Positions 17,283 through 27,711 are shown, counted from the stretch's first letter. The stretch is 64,000 nt of DNA from Patescibacteria group bacterium (GCA_041660165.1 JBAZWW010000005.1:16191-80190), one strand, 5' to 3'. Translations and numbers: made by a program. Notes: generated by a model from the letters alone, not told the origin.

Positions 17283-17996
17283 ATGCACATCTTCCTCATC
17301 TGCGGGTATGGGATTCCACGGGACATTTTTACTGATGAAAATTATCGGACGTATTTGAGCGTGGTGTTTAATAAGATGTATGCGATCTCGGCGGGGAAAG
17401 AGATGGAGATTATTCCTTGTGGAGGGCCAACGGCTATGGAACCGCCGTATGAAGGAACTGAGGCGGGGATAATAGCCAAGTATTTGCGCAAGCAGATTGA
17501 GAATCAGAAACTCGAACAGGCTACGAGTGCTTGGAAGACGATCCTTGAAGACCAGTCGCTTTCCACGCTCGAAAATTTGGTGTTTGCAAAGCGGATACTT
17601 GACGAACAAAAACTTGCCGGGACGATAACGATTTTTTGTGAGGAGACCAGGCGCGAGCGAATCGTGAAAACTGCGCAGATGATTTTCGGATCCGAGTGCA
17701 CGGTTGAGGCGATTGATTTTGATGCCTCGAAAAACCGATATCTTGATCCAAACGTCATCCAGCAAAAGGAGCACGCCGCGCTTCGGGAATCACTTTGGAC
17801 GCTCGAAGATAAAACAAGATTGGAAAAGCATCACGAGTTTCAAAAACAGAAGATTGAGTACTTTAGAGAACGCCAAGCACAAGGGATCCCGCACGTTGAT
17901 GTTGTGGGAGAGTGGTATAAGAAAATGCCGGAGATCGTGAAACAGCTGATGCCGGATCACCCGTTACTCGCAGAGCTGAACAAAAAGAATGTATAG
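17283..17996 (+). CDS. YdcF/DUF218 family protein
   Basis: CGG..TEAGII, LEDQSLSTLENLVFA. Confidence 0.75.
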   Translation: MHIFLICGYGIPRDIFTDENYRTYLSVVFNKMYAISAGKEMEIIPCGGPTAMEPPYEGTEAGIIAKYLRKQIENQKLEQATSAWKTILEDQSLSTLENLVFAKRILDEQKLAGTITIFCEETRRERIVKTAQMIFGSECTVEAIDFDASKNRYLDPNVIQQKEHAALRESLWTLEDKTRLEKHHEFQKQKIEYFRERQAQGIPHVDVVGEWYKKMPEIVKQLMPDHPLLAELNKKNV

Positions 17997-18019
17997 TGAA
18001 GCCGAACCCGACAAAAAAT

Positions 18020-18385
18020 ATGAAAAAAATCGCGCTTATCATTCTTGCCATCATTGGCGGAGTTTTCGTCCTCCTCTTCGTTGCTGTGGCTGTTTACATT
18101 GCTGTTGCCAAGCCGTTTGGCGTGAAATTGACGAGTATTCCTGGTGCGGTTATTCAGGCGGGAACGGGGAAAGTGAAAAGCACGTATGACCATCCACTGT
18201 TGACTACGGAGCAGGAAAGCGCGCTTGAATCGCTTGGCGTGGATACTCGAACACTTCCCACGAGTGTGACGCCAGCGTTGATTGATTGCTTTACTACAAA
18301 GCTTGGCCAAGCCCGCGCTAAGGAGATTCAGGGAGGGTCAACCATCACTCCGGCGGACTACTTTAAGGCGCAGAGCTGTTTATAG
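18020..18385 (+). CDS. Hypothetical membrane-anchored protein with Cys pair
   Basis: N-terminal TM; 'HPLLT.EQ..L..LGVD' and 'CF..KLG..R..EI' pattern. Confidence 0.75.
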   Translation: MKKIALIILAIIGGVFVLLFVAVAVYIAVAKPFGVKLTSIPGAVIQAGTGKVKSTYDHPLLTTEQESALESLGVDTRTLPTSVTPALIDCFTTKLGQARAKEIQGGSTITPADYFKAQSCL

Positions 18386-18477
18386 ACATGTTGCCCCTGG
18401 CTATTCTGAAGGAATGCTGTTATGGTGCGATCCTATCAAATGGACGCCACCTTAAAGGCTCCGGTACGCACAACACT

Positions 18478-18591
18478 ATGACGGACGACACAACGGTGAC
18501 GACTGATGACACGGCAGTAACGGCTCCGGCTACGGAAGAGACAACTGAGGAAACAGTTGCTCCGGTAGCTACAGAAGAGGTGGCAGCGTAA
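18478..18591 (+). CDS. Small acidic Thr/Glu-rich peptide (37 aa)
   Basis: MTDDTTVTTDDTAVTAPATEETTEETVAPVATEEVAA followed by its own terminator. Confidence 0.55.
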   Translation: MTDDTTVTTDDTAVTAPATEETTEETVAPVATEEVAA

Positions 18592-18608
18592 GCTCCCGGT
18601 TCTACAAG

Positions 18609-18637
18609 AAATCCTGCTCGGCAGAGCGGGATTTTTT
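18609..18637 (+). terminator. Intrinsic terminator
   Basis: AAATCCTGCTC-GGCA-GAGCGGGATTTTTT. Confidence 0.8.
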
Positions 18638-18659
18638 GTTTGGGAGTAAACTAGGGTCT

Positions 18660-20480
18660 ATGCGAGCATTTTTTGCTGAGCCTCAGCGCGAATATCTGTT
18701 GATCGGTCTGTTGGCCGGGGCGTTTGGCGTTGATCTTTTTGTGCATGAGCCAATGGTGCTGTTTGTGATTGCCGGTCTGGCGGTGATCCCTACGTTTCTG
18801 AATGCGGGAAAAGCGATCGTACGATTCCGCATTAACATTGATACGTTCAATGCGTTTGCCGTGATTGTTTCATTTGCTACGGGCGAGGCCTATTCTGCGG
18901 GGTTTATTGCACTCATGCTGACGTTTGCGCGTTTGCTTGATTGGCGCACGGAACAGCGCACGGAAAACGCGGTTGAGGAACTGATGCGCTTGAAACCGCT
19001 CACGGCTTTGGTCGAGCGGAAGGGAAAAATGGTCGAGGTAAAGGCTGACACGATCAAGACAGGCGACATTGTTCTTGTGAAAAGTGGAGCGCGCGTGCCG
19101 GTTGACGGAGTGATCGTGAAGGGCGCCGGTCACGTCAACGAGGCCACGGTGACGGGAGAGTCTGAACCGATTGAGAAAATGGCCGGGGACCGCGTGATTA
19201 GCTCTACGCTTGTTGAGGCGGGAGCACTGACGGTTAGGGCAACGCAGGTTGGCAAGGACTCGACCATTGAGCGGATGGCGGAACTCATGCGCCAAGCGGG
19301 ACTTAAGAAATCGCACTCTGAGAAACTTGCAGACCGGTTTGCGATGATTTTTCTTCCGCTCGTGGGCGTGCTTGGCGTTGTAACGTATATCGCGACGCAA
19401 AATCTGTTGATGGTGGCCGCGCTTTTTTTGATCGCTTGCGCAGATGACATGGCGGTGGCAATTCCGCTGGCCATGACTGCCTCACTTGGCCAGGCTGCCA
19501 AGCGCGGGGTGATTGTGAAGGGTGGGCAAGCGCTTGAGGTGCTGGGCAAAATGCAGATTCTAGTGCTCGACAAAACGGGTACGCTGACACTTGGCAATCT
19601 TTCGGTGAGGAACGTCCGAGTGAACGAGGGAACCTCAAAAGATACTTTTTGGAAAGCACTAGCTTCTGCAGAGAAGTATTCAGAGCATCCCGTTGGACGT
19701 TCGGCGTATAAGGAGGCTGTCCGCAGGGTTGGCGAGGCGAGTGATCCAGACGAGTTCAAACTCTATAAAGGAAGCGGGGTGGTTGTTCGAGTCGGGAATG
19801 ATAAGATTGTGGCTGGCACTGAGCGTCTGTTTGCCGAGCTTGGTTTGAGCGCGCCAAAATCTTTCGAGGGGGCACTTGGTTCCGTGTTTTGGGTGGCGGT
19901 GAATGGCAAGGAAATCGGGGCGGTTGAGGTGGCAGACGTTCCACGCCCTGAGGCAGGGAAGAGTTTGCGAAGGCTGAAGAAACTCGGCGTCAAGAGGGTC
20001 ATCATGTTTACGGGGGACAATGAACGGGTAGCGACTGAGGTAGCTAAGGCGCTTGGCATCAAGGAGTATCGCTCGGCCATGACTCCTGAAGCAAAACTGC
20101 GGGCGCTTGAAGAGCTTTTGCCTGAGGGGCCAGTGGGTATGCTTGGCGATGGTGTGAATGATGCGCCAGCACTGGCGCGCGCTGATGTGGGCATTGCTAT
20201 GGGTAGCGGGGGAGCCGCGGTGTCCGTTGAGGCGGCGGATATTGTTATCATGACGGATGATCTCTCGCGTTTACCGGAGATGGTTGAACTTGGCAGAAGG
20301 ACATTTGCAGTGGTGAAGGGTGATGCGGTTATTTGGGTGTTGTCGAACGTTATTGGCTTTGGCCTTGTTTTTACTGGCATTGCCGGCCCGGCCCTGGCCG
20401 CCTTTTATAACTTTGCCACGGATTTCCTGCCACTCATGAACTCCAGCCGGCTGTTCCGGCGAGCCCGTCAACAGAAATAG
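18660..20480 (+). CDS. P1B-type heavy-metal translocating ATPase (atypical TM motif)
   Basis: TGES, DKTGTLT, SEHP, TGDN, GDGVNDAP; TM4 motif ACADD instead of CPC. Confidence 0.93.
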   Translation: MRAFFAEPQREYLLIGLLAGAFGVDLFVHEPMVLFVIAGLAVIPTFLNAGKAIVRFRINIDTFNAFAVIVSFATGEAYSAGFIALMLTFARLLDWRTEQRTENAVEELMRLKPLTALVERKGKMVEVKADTIKTGDIVLVKSGARVPVDGVIVKGAGHVNEATVTGESEPIEKMAGDRVISSTLVEAGALTVRATQVGKDSTIERMAELMRQAGLKKSHSEKLADRFAMIFLPLVGVLGVVTYIATQNLLMVAALFLIACADDMAVAIPLAMTASLGQAAKRGVIVKGGQALEVLGKMQILVLDKTGTLTLGNLSVRNVRVNEGTSKDTFWKALASAEKYSEHPVGRSAYKEAVRRVGEASDPDEFKLYKGSGVVVRVGNDKIVAGTERLFAELGLSAPKSFEGALGSVFWVAVNGKEIGAVEVADVPRPEAGKSLRRLKKLGVKRVIMFTGDNERVATEVAKALGIKEYRSAMTPEAKLRALEELLPEGPVGMLGDGVNDAPALARADVGIAMGSGGAAVSVEAADIVIMTDDLSRLPEMVELGRRTFAVVKGDAVIWVLSNVIGFGLVFTGIAGPALAAFYNFATDFLPLMNSSRLFRRARQQK

Positions 20481-20530
20481 CCAGAAGTTCGTGCTATGCT
20501 GTATAAAAATATATTATTTATTAGAGGCAT

Positions 20531-22306
20531 ATGACGATGGTGAAGCGGTTTATTGGGGGAGTTGCAGTGTGTTCTGTGCTCCTTGGTCTGATCGGGCCAG
20601 TATCAGTCTCGGCAGCCACCACGGCGCCAACTCTTGGCGCGGCATCCGGGTATTCAGTTTTTGGCAGTGCCGGAGTAACGGACGCGGGCGGGTCATCTAT
20701 GTGGGGAGATGTAGGTGAGAACGGCGCCGGAGACGGCAGTACCGCAGGCGAGATGGCAGGTTCACTGCATACCGTGGCAGAACCTACGGTTGTCAGCGCA
20801 ATTTCTTCAGCCTATGGTGATTTGAACACCCAAGCGCAAACGGGCGTTGGTATCCTTGACCTGCACGGGTCTCCTTCAGTTGGACCTGGCGTATATGACG
20901 TAGCCGCTACCGCCTTTGACTCAACCCTGACACTGACTGGAGCGGGCGTGTATATTTTTAGGAGTACATCAAGTATTGCGCAGAGCGCAGGCGGGACCAT
21001 GCTTTTGACGGGCGGAGCTACCGCTTGCAATGTTTACTGGCAGATTCCTAACTCCATGACCTTTGCCGCCGCGGGGAGCATTGCCGGCACCATTATTACG
21101 AACACCGGCCTCATCTCAATGGTTTCGGGCGTGTCTTTGCAGGGCCGGGCGTGGGCGCACACCGCCGTAACCCTGGATAATGACACAATCACTGAACCGG
21201 TTTGTGCGGCTGCTCCTCCGGTGGCTTCCAGCACGTACACTGGCACGATTAATGTGGTGAAGCTGGTGGTGAATGATAACGGAGGGACCAAGACGGTTTC
21301 GGATTTTCCGCTGTTTGTAAACACCGTTCCCGTTACTTCCGGATTCACCAATAGTTTTCCTGCAAATTCCACCTTGTACACGGTGAGCGAAACGAATAAT
21401 GCTGGCTACGCACATACTTTTTCTGGTGATTGTGATGAGAATGGCGTCATGTATTTACAAGGGGCTCAGCACCTGTTTTGTATCATAACCAATAATGACA
21501 TTGGTCCAGCTATTATTGTTCCGCCTGTGCCACCGGTGATTGATGTGGTGAAGGTGCCGAGTCCCCTGGCCTTGCCGGCAGGTCCCGGATCCGTTACCTA
21601 CACCTATACCGTTCGCAACATTGGGACCGTACCAATGACGAATGTCACGCTGGTGGGTGATACCTGTAGTCCGATCGTGCTGTCTTCTGGCGATGCGAAC
21701 TCGGATGCCACGCTTCAAGTGAGTGAAACATGGACTTTCCGTTGTACCACCGTGCTCCAGGCTACGCACACCAATACGGTGGTGGCCACGGGTTGGGCCA
21801 ACGGGATCAGTGCTACGGACATTGCCAGCGCCACGGTGATTGTGGGTACGCCTGTTGTTCCACCGCTTATTCACGTCACAAAAGTGCCGAGTCCCCTTGC
21901 GCTTCGGGCTGGCGGGGGAGCGGTAACGTATACGGAAAAGATTACCAATCCAGGCACTGTCGCGCTCAGTAACGTCCGGTTGGTTGACGACAAGTGTAGT
22001 CCTATGGCGTACGTCTCCGGAGACGCGAATAATGATTCGCTTCTTCAGACAACGGAGACCTGGACATACACTTGCCGAGCCAATCTTACGGCCACAATGA
22101 CGAATACGGCTATTGCCACGGGCGAGGGCAACGGCTACACGGTTCGGGACATTGCCATTGCTACGGTAGTGGTAGCCGCCGCGGTTCCAGCCTTGCCAAA
22201 CGCTGGTTTTGGCCCAACGGAGATGAACATGCTGTGGGCACTCCTGGCCTCCGGCGCATCGGTGGCTTCTCTCTTATTCATCTTGAGGAAGAAACAAAAC
22301 GCCTAG
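20531..22306 (+). CDS. Ice-binding-like (DUF3494) surface protein with Ig-like repeats and sortase sorting signal
   Basis: Signal peptide; 'GPGVY..LTL..GVYIF', 'ACNVYWQ', 'GRAWA..AVTLDND'; two 'VTYT..N.GTV.L.NV.L.DD.C' repeats; LPNAG-TM-KK tail. Confidence 0.88.
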   Translation: MTMVKRFIGGVAVCSVLLGLIGPVSVSAATTAPTLGAASGYSVFGSAGVTDAGGSSMWGDVGENGAGDGSTAGEMAGSLHTVAEPTVVSAISSAYGDLNTQAQTGVGILDLHGSPSVGPGVYDVAATAFDSTLTLTGAGVYIFRSTSSIAQSAGGTMLLTGGATACNVYWQIPNSMTFAAAGSIAGTIITNTGLISMVSGVSLQGRAWAHTAVTLDNDTITEPVCAAAPPVASSTYTGTINVVKLVVNDNGGTKTVSDFPLFVNTVPVTSGFTNSFPANSTLYTVSETNNAGYAHTFSGDCDENGVMYLQGAQHLFCIITNNDIGPAIIVPPVPPVIDVVKVPSPLALPAGPGSVTYTYTVRNIGTVPMTNVTLVGDTCSPIVLSSGDANSDATLQVSETWTFRCTTVLQATHTNTVVATGWANGISATDIASATVIVGTPVVPPLIHVTKVPSPLALRAGGGAVTYTEKITNPGTVALSNVRLVDDKCSPMAYVSGDANNDSLLQTTETWTYTCRANLTATMTNTAIATGEGNGYTVRDIAIATVVVAAAVPALPNAGFGPTEMNMLWALLASGASVASLLFILRKKQNA

Positions 22307-22374
22307 TAAATTAGTGAAGGAAGGAAGCGTTGAGCCGTACGAATTTTCGTCCGGCTCTTCGTGTATCAGGCTTA

Positions 22375-23030
22375 TGCGGAACTGGCTATTGAACATTTTG
22401 GCGGGCTGCGCCATGACGCTAGCGCTTTTTGGTCTGCTCCTGTACCACGGAGTACTTTCTTATGCGGCCGTTCCAGCAAGCGTGATCGTCCCGTCAGAAG
22501 CGCGGTTGACAGCAACGGCGTCGGCACCTGTGCTGGCGGGAAAGATTGAAGCCACAGCCGCAAAGAAGATTATTAAAAAAACGGCACCGACGTCTCGGCT
22601 CTCTATTCCGAGCCTTGGTGTGAATGCAATTATTGAACATGTTGGGTTGACCGCGCAGGGATCCATGGGCGTACCAAGAGATCCCATGAACGCCGGTTGG
22701 TATGAGTTTGGTCCGCGTCCCGGAGAACTAGGGAGCGCGGTTATTGATGGGCATGTTAACTGGTTTAGGGGGGCAACTGGGGTATTTGCCAATCTTCAAT
22801 TGGTGAAACCTGGTGCAAAAATTACGGTGCGCAGTGAGGATGGCAAGGCCGTTACTTTTGTGGTTCATGAGGTGAGAACGTTCGACCCATCTGCGAATGC
22901 GGAGGAGATTTTTAGCTCGGGCGATGGCCAATCGCATTTAAATCTTATCACCTGCGGGGGAGTGTGGGATAAGAAGACTCAGCAATATTCCGAGCGGATT
23001 GTGGTCTTTGCTGATAAAATAGGAGAATAA
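22375..23030 (+). CDS. Class F sortase
   Basis: RLSIPSLGV, AGWY..GPRPGE.GSAVIDGHV, LNLITCGG, ERIVVFA. Confidence 0.92.
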
Positions 23031-23035
23031 GTCGA

Positions 23036-23185
23036 ATGGCAACGGTCACCGTTGCCTCCGCGGTGCCGATACTCCCGAATACCGGGTATACTCCAACAGT
23101 AATGAATCTCCTTTGGACTATGCTCGCCACTGCCTTCTCAGGACTGTCGCTCATTTTCGTCTTGCGTACTGCCAAACAGATATAA
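23036..23185 (+). pseudogene. Orphan copy of the C-terminal LPNTG sorting signal of the ice-binding protein (49 aa)
   Basis: MATVTVASAVPILPNTGYTPTVMNLLWTMLATAFSGLSLIFVLRTAKQI aligns with the last about 49 aa of 20531..22306. Confidence 0.7.
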
Positions 23186-23186
23186 T

Positions 23187-23684
23187 ATGAAAAATATCGC
23201 GTTTATCACCATGGGTTTTGCGGGGGGAATCGTTGGAACAAGCTTGATCGTCTCAGTCTTCCTTCTTTCAAAGAAACCAATTACACATCATATGCCCTTT
23301 CAAACGAACATCATGAAAGTTACCGCGGATAACACGGATTTCAGGCACGTCATCTTTACTGGTGCAACGTCTCAATTGGTGGTTATGAGCATTCCGCCAG
23401 GAGGAGAGGTAGGCCAGGAGACACACAAGGACGTTGAACAAATGCTGTACTTCCAAACAGGCACGGGCGAGGCCATTTTGGACGGCAAGACGTCAGCCAT
23501 TGTTCCTGGCGATATTGTTGTGGTCACCCCAGGAACACAGCACAACTTCAAGAACACGGGAAAGGTGCCCATGAAGATCATGACCATGTACGCTCCGCCG
23601 AATCATATTGACGGGCGTATTCAAAAGACAAAGGCAGACGCAGATAAAGACAAGGCAGATGAGGCTTTTGGCGAGGCGCAGTAA
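23187..23684 (+). CDS. Cupin domain protein
   Basis: QLVVMSIPPGGEVGQETH..VEQ, PGTQHNFKNTG, YAPPNH. Confidence 0.9.
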   Translation: MKNIAFITMGFAGGIVGTSLIVSVFLLSKKPITHHMPFQTNIMKVTADNTDFRHVIFTGATSQLVVMSIPPGGEVGQETHKDVEQMLYFQTGTGEAILDGKTSAIVPGDIVVVTPGTQHNFKNTGKVPMKIMTMYAPPNHIDGRIQKTKADADKDKADEAFGEAQ

Positions 23685-23685
23685 T

Positions 23686-26600
23686 ATGCTTCACAAGCGC
23701 ATAAGTTTTTGGCTTAAGCACCGATTACATCGGATCATTTTGCCGATTCTTGTTGCGATCACGGTACCAACATTGACAGCTTCACTCCTTCTCCATCCCG
23801 CCTACGCAGCGACCATTACGTGGGACGGCGGTGGTGCGGATGGCACATGTGGTGGCGGAGCAGGAGACGGAAACAAATGGTCATGTGCGTTGAACTGGTC
23901 GGGTGACACTCTGCCGGGTGCCGGTGATGCGGTTGTGTTTGATGCAACCTCGACTAAGAACGCCACGGTTGATGCAGGATTTGCGGGAACGGTGACGAGT
24001 ATCAGCATGAACGCTGGTTATACGGGAACCATCACCATGGCCAGATCACTTACGACGAGTGCGATATTCACCCAGGCTGACGGAGTATTTACCGCAGACA
24101 GCCAGTCGTTAACGATCGGCACAGACTTCTCATTGACGGGCGGTGCGTTTACCGCTTCATCGGGTACCATGTTGATTGGTGGGAACTTCACGCACTCGGC
24201 AGGAACGTTTACGCACAATAGTGGAACGGTACGGCTCTCGGGTGCAACCCCGACACTTTCTGGTGCTACTACGTTTAACAATTTTTACGTTGCAACAACG
24301 ACAAATCTTGACGTCACGTTGACGTTGCCTGCGTCGCTTACCACGACAGTGCTTGGCACTACGCGACTTTTAGCCAGTACGCATAACACGCCTGCTGATA
24401 ATAAGCTGACAATTGTCAGTAGTTCTTCCGGTGTTCAGACGAGCGTGGATTTTCAGGGGACTCTCGCCATGTTCGCAGCTCATGTTACTGATGTGAATAA
24501 TGTTGGAGCTAGTCAAATACATTGTTATTCCCAATGCATTGACAACGGAAACAATACGAACGTTCGGTTCGGCGAACCGGGATTTGTGATTACGCAAGCA
24601 TCTAATAATGTGACAGAGGCTGGTGCAACTGCAACGTTTACCGTGGCACTTCGTGGCAAGCCCACCGCGAACGTGACCATTCCTGTATCGGCATCAGACT
24701 CTACAGAGGCAAGCGTTTCACCCGCCTCTCTTGTTTTCACCTCGTTAAATTACGTAACCCCGCAGACCGTTACCGTTACGGGCGTTGATGACACCACGGA
24801 TGACGGAGGGATCGCTTCCTCCATCGTCCTTGCTGTTCCCACGAGCGCTGACACGCTCTATGGTGTTTTGAATCCCGTAGACGTTTCCCTCTTTACTGAA
24901 GACGATGATCAGGATTTGATGACCGTTGATTTTGATAATAGCGCAACGTTGACCGAAGAAGATGTGAAAGGCACCGTCGCCTGGTTTGATCGGACAGATC
25001 AGGGCGAGGGCGTTTTCCGTACGGGAGATGGCGGATCTGCGGTGAGTCTGACCGGTACGAAGATCCTGCCGGGTTGTCGGGCCACAGTTGGCGGAGTTGA
25101 TTATCGAATTTTACGGGTAAGCCCGATCACTACCGGACAAGCGCTTCTCACGGACGGCATAACGTCTCCTGATCAAATATATCTCACACTTGTTGATTCC
25201 GCGGTTTCAAAGATTGTTTGCACCACAGAGCCGGTTGATACTGCTCAACTTGGCGGTAGCACCTCGCGTATTTCTGTTGGGAGTTTGAATCTCTTGTCGG
25301 CCGGTGCCGGACACGGTGGAATTTTGGCGGATGAAACGAATGGACGTATTTGGTTGGGTAACGCCGGTGTTCCGGCTTTGATCGAGGTTTCAATGGCTAC
25401 CGGTCTTGAAGTAGCAAGAAAATCAATGACCAGTTATTCATATAATTTCGTCCTTGATCCGACGCGAAATAGGCTTTGGTTTGCCGATTATAATAGTAAC
25501 AAATTGGTTGCGTTTGATGCGGGTACGGGTGATTATGCATTCGGGACGCTTGGGGCGAGTTCATTTACGGTTTCTGGCCATGCATGGGATGTAGTGTATA
25601 ACCCAGACCTTGATGAGATTTGGGTTGCTACCTTACCGTCGAGCAAACTCATAAGAGTGAATTCAGCAAATGGAGCAGTGATAGATACGGTCGTTTTGGG
25701 CATTGAGGCTAATGGAATTGTTTATGATTCCATTCAGCACGCTGTTTGGATTTCTGGTGGCAATACTTTCAGTACCGCTCTGTATAAATTCTCAGCAACA
25801 ACGGGGACGTTTGCGAATGGAACGTTATTAGCGAGTACGTACCCGATCCCCGGATATGCGGACAGCGGGGACGACTCGATTCGTTTTGACGCGACAAGAA
25901 ATACTATTTGGGTGCTGTCTGCATTTGAAGCTGACGGCGCTGATCCGTTGGTAAAAGTAGACGCCGCAACGGGAAATGTCCTGGCTTCATATGACACGGG
26001 TACTTATGCAGAGGGTCTTGATGTTGATACGGTTCTAGGCAGGGTATATGTTGGTTATTCTAACGTTGATCTTGGGCCTCCTGGAGGCGAATCAACAGGG
26101 GTCATTGTATTTGATGCGGATACCGGTGATCGATTGGCCACATATCCTATAAGTGGCGGTCTTCTGCAATTCGCCTTTCAAAGCAACAACACGCTTTGGA
26201 GCTACAGTTCCTATCCTGATAATGAGTTGGATCAGTTAATAATTGGCGCATCTCCCGCCGGTAAGTACTACACCACGCTCACGACTGCATCTTCAAACCT
26301 CGACTTTGCCGGGACAAACAAAATGGCCTCGGCGGTTGCCTCAGAATCTCTCGATGGCGGGAATGCTTACTACACAATTTCTTTCAATGCTCGGCAGAGT
26401 TTTAAGGTCTTTAGTGGTGGCTGGAGAACGGTCGCGTCGAGTTTGGCCACTGACCACGGTGGCGTTAACGGCAATTGGTATTACAGGAACGATGCAAGCG
26501 CGTGGTCGGTGGCGCCGACGAACACTTCTGCGGAAGCAATTTCTCTTGCGGTCGAGAATGGCGCCACGAACAATCGGATGACGGGTACGAATCTCTCTGG

Positions 26601-27711
26601 AATCTCTCCCGGCAATTGGGCAAATACGGGAGGTTTCTCCACCACAACTGCCAATCTTGATCTGGCCGTCACTCTTGAAGCTGACAGCGTGACCAGCAAC
26701 CCCGCGGTTGACTCTGTAGTGTTTACGCTGGCAGGCGAGGGTTCTTCCGTTGCGCAGAGTGTGACGAACGCATCTGTTTCGATTGCTGACGACGAAACGT
26801 GCACCCCGACCGCTGATACCTCGCTTCACCTTGTGGCAGCGAACGCTTCGAGCGTCCGCGTGTCAAACGAACCGTTCGCCGTGGGAGACTCGAGCGAATA
26901 CATTTCGTTTGTTGCGGATGAGAATATCCCCATTACGCCAAGCGCCTCAGGCTCATTTATTCGTACGATGACCCTACCGTGGACTCTTTCTTCGGGTGAT
27001 GGTGAGAAGACCGTCTACGCGCAGTTCCGTACCGCAACCGGAGGCGTGTCTTCCGAGGTCTCGGACACGATCACTCTTTCGGCCGCGTGTTCTGTCATTC
27101 CGCCGGTTGAACCCGTAGTGCCCGTTGAACCTCCCGCTGAGCCCGCGGTCCCTCCGGTTTTACCAGCTGAGCCAGTTCAGCCAACTGTTCCTCTTCTTGA
27201 GGCTGGTTCTTATGTGAGAACGGCGTCCTCTTCCGCGGTCTACTATATTAGTGCTGATGGTCTGCGTCGGCCGTTCTATTCTGCCACGGAGTTCTTTACG
27301 TATGAGAAGGACTTTTCTCAGGTGCGTGTATTGGCTGATGAAGAGCTGAGAAACTATCCCATTGGCAAGCCTATGCCGCCAAAGCCTGGCGTGGTACTTT
27401 TGAAAATGGTGAGTTCGCCCGATGTATATGCATTTGATCCAAATGCTACGATAGACAATCCGCTTATCCACTTGATTCCAACAGAAATTCTGGCCGTTCA
27501 GTTGTTTGACACGCACTGGGCTGATTACATTATTGATCTTGACCCTACGGCCTTTGTTCATCTCACTATTGGGGACCCGTTGAATGGCCACTCAACCGTT
27601 GATGCTACACATCTCATGAGACGAGTGGCGATTGTTGAGCGAATAGCCAGCTTCCTTAGATCTGTTGTGTCCCAAATTGAAGGTTTCGTAATGAATTTGT
27701 TCGGAAGGTAA
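23686..27711 (+). CDS. Large secreted/surface protein (beta-solenoid N-terminus, Calx-beta/Ig-like, beta-propeller, Pro-rich linker, C-terminal anchor-like domain)
   Basis: Signal peptide to AYA; 'TITWDGGG..W...NW'; 'VTEAGATATFTV'; blade repeats 'D..RN.IW'; 'WTLSSGDGEKTVYAQF'; 'SAVYYISADGLRRPF'. Confidence 0.85.
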   Translation: MLHKRISFWLKHRLHRIILPILVAITVPTLTASLLLHPAYAATITWDGGGADGTCGGGAGDGNKWSCALNWSGDTLPGAGDAVVFDATSTKNATVDAGFAGTVTSISMNAGYTGTITMARSLTTSAIFTQADGVFTADSQSLTIGTDFSLTGGAFTASSGTMLIGGNFTHSAGTFTHNSGTVRLSGATPTLSGATTFNNFYVATTTNLDVTLTLPASLTTTVLGTTRLLASTHNTPADNKLTIVSSSSGVQTSVDFQGTLAMFAAHVTDVNNVGASQIHCYSQCIDNGNNTNVRFGEPGFVITQASNNVTEAGATATFTVALRGKPTANVTIPVSASDSTEASVSPASLVFTSLNYVTPQTVTVTGVDDTTDDGGIASSIVLAVPTSADTLYGVLNPVDVSLFTEDDDQDLMTVDFDNSATLTEEDVKGTVAWFDRTDQGEGVFRTGDGGSAVSLTGTKILPGCRATVGGVDYRILRVSPITTGQALLTDGITSPDQIYLTLVDSAVSKIVCTTEPVDTAQLGGSTSRISVGSLNLLSAGAGHGGILADETNGRIWLGNAGVPALIEVSMATGLEVARKSMTSYSYNFVLDPTRNRLWFADYNSNKLVAFDAGTGDYAFGTLGASSFTVSGHAWDVVYNPDLDEIWVATLPSSKLIRVNSANGAVIDTVVLGIEANGIVYDSIQHAVWISGGNTFSTALYKFSATTGTFANGTLLASTYPIPGYADSGDDSIRFDATRNTIWVLSAFEADGADPLVKVDAATGNVLASYDTGTYAEGLDVDTVLGRVYVGYSNVDLGPPGGESTGVIVFDADTGDRLATYPISGGLLQFAFQSNNTLWSYSSYPDNELDQLIIGASPAGKYYTTLTTASSNLDFAGTNKMASAVASESLDGGNAYYTISFNARQSFKVFSGGWRTVASSLATDHGGVNGNWYYRNDASAWSVAPTNTSAEAISLAVENGATNNRMTGTNLSGISPGNWANTGGFSTTTANLDLAVTLEADSVTSNPAVDSVVFTLAGEGSSVAQSVTNASVSIADDETCTPTADTSLHLVAANASSVRVSNEPFAVGDSSEYISFVADENIPITPSASGSFIRTMTLPWTLSSGDGEKTVYAQFRTATGGVSSEVSDTITLSAACSVIPPVEPVVPVEPPAEPAVPPVLPAEPVQPTVPLLEAGSYVRTASSSAVYYISADGLRRPFYSATEFFTYEKDFSQVRVLADEELRNYPIGKPMPPKPGVVLLKMVSSPDVYAFDPNATIDNPLIHLIPTEILAVQLFDTHWADYIIDLDPTAFVHLTIGDPLNGHSTVDATHLMRRVAIVERIASFLRSVVSQIEGFVMNLFGR

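Noticed and set aside
21530-22170. Two similar repeats in the ice-binding protein as a DGR template/variable pair
   Set aside because: They are ordinary diverged in-frame Ig-like domain repeats, and no reverse transcriptase is present in the window.
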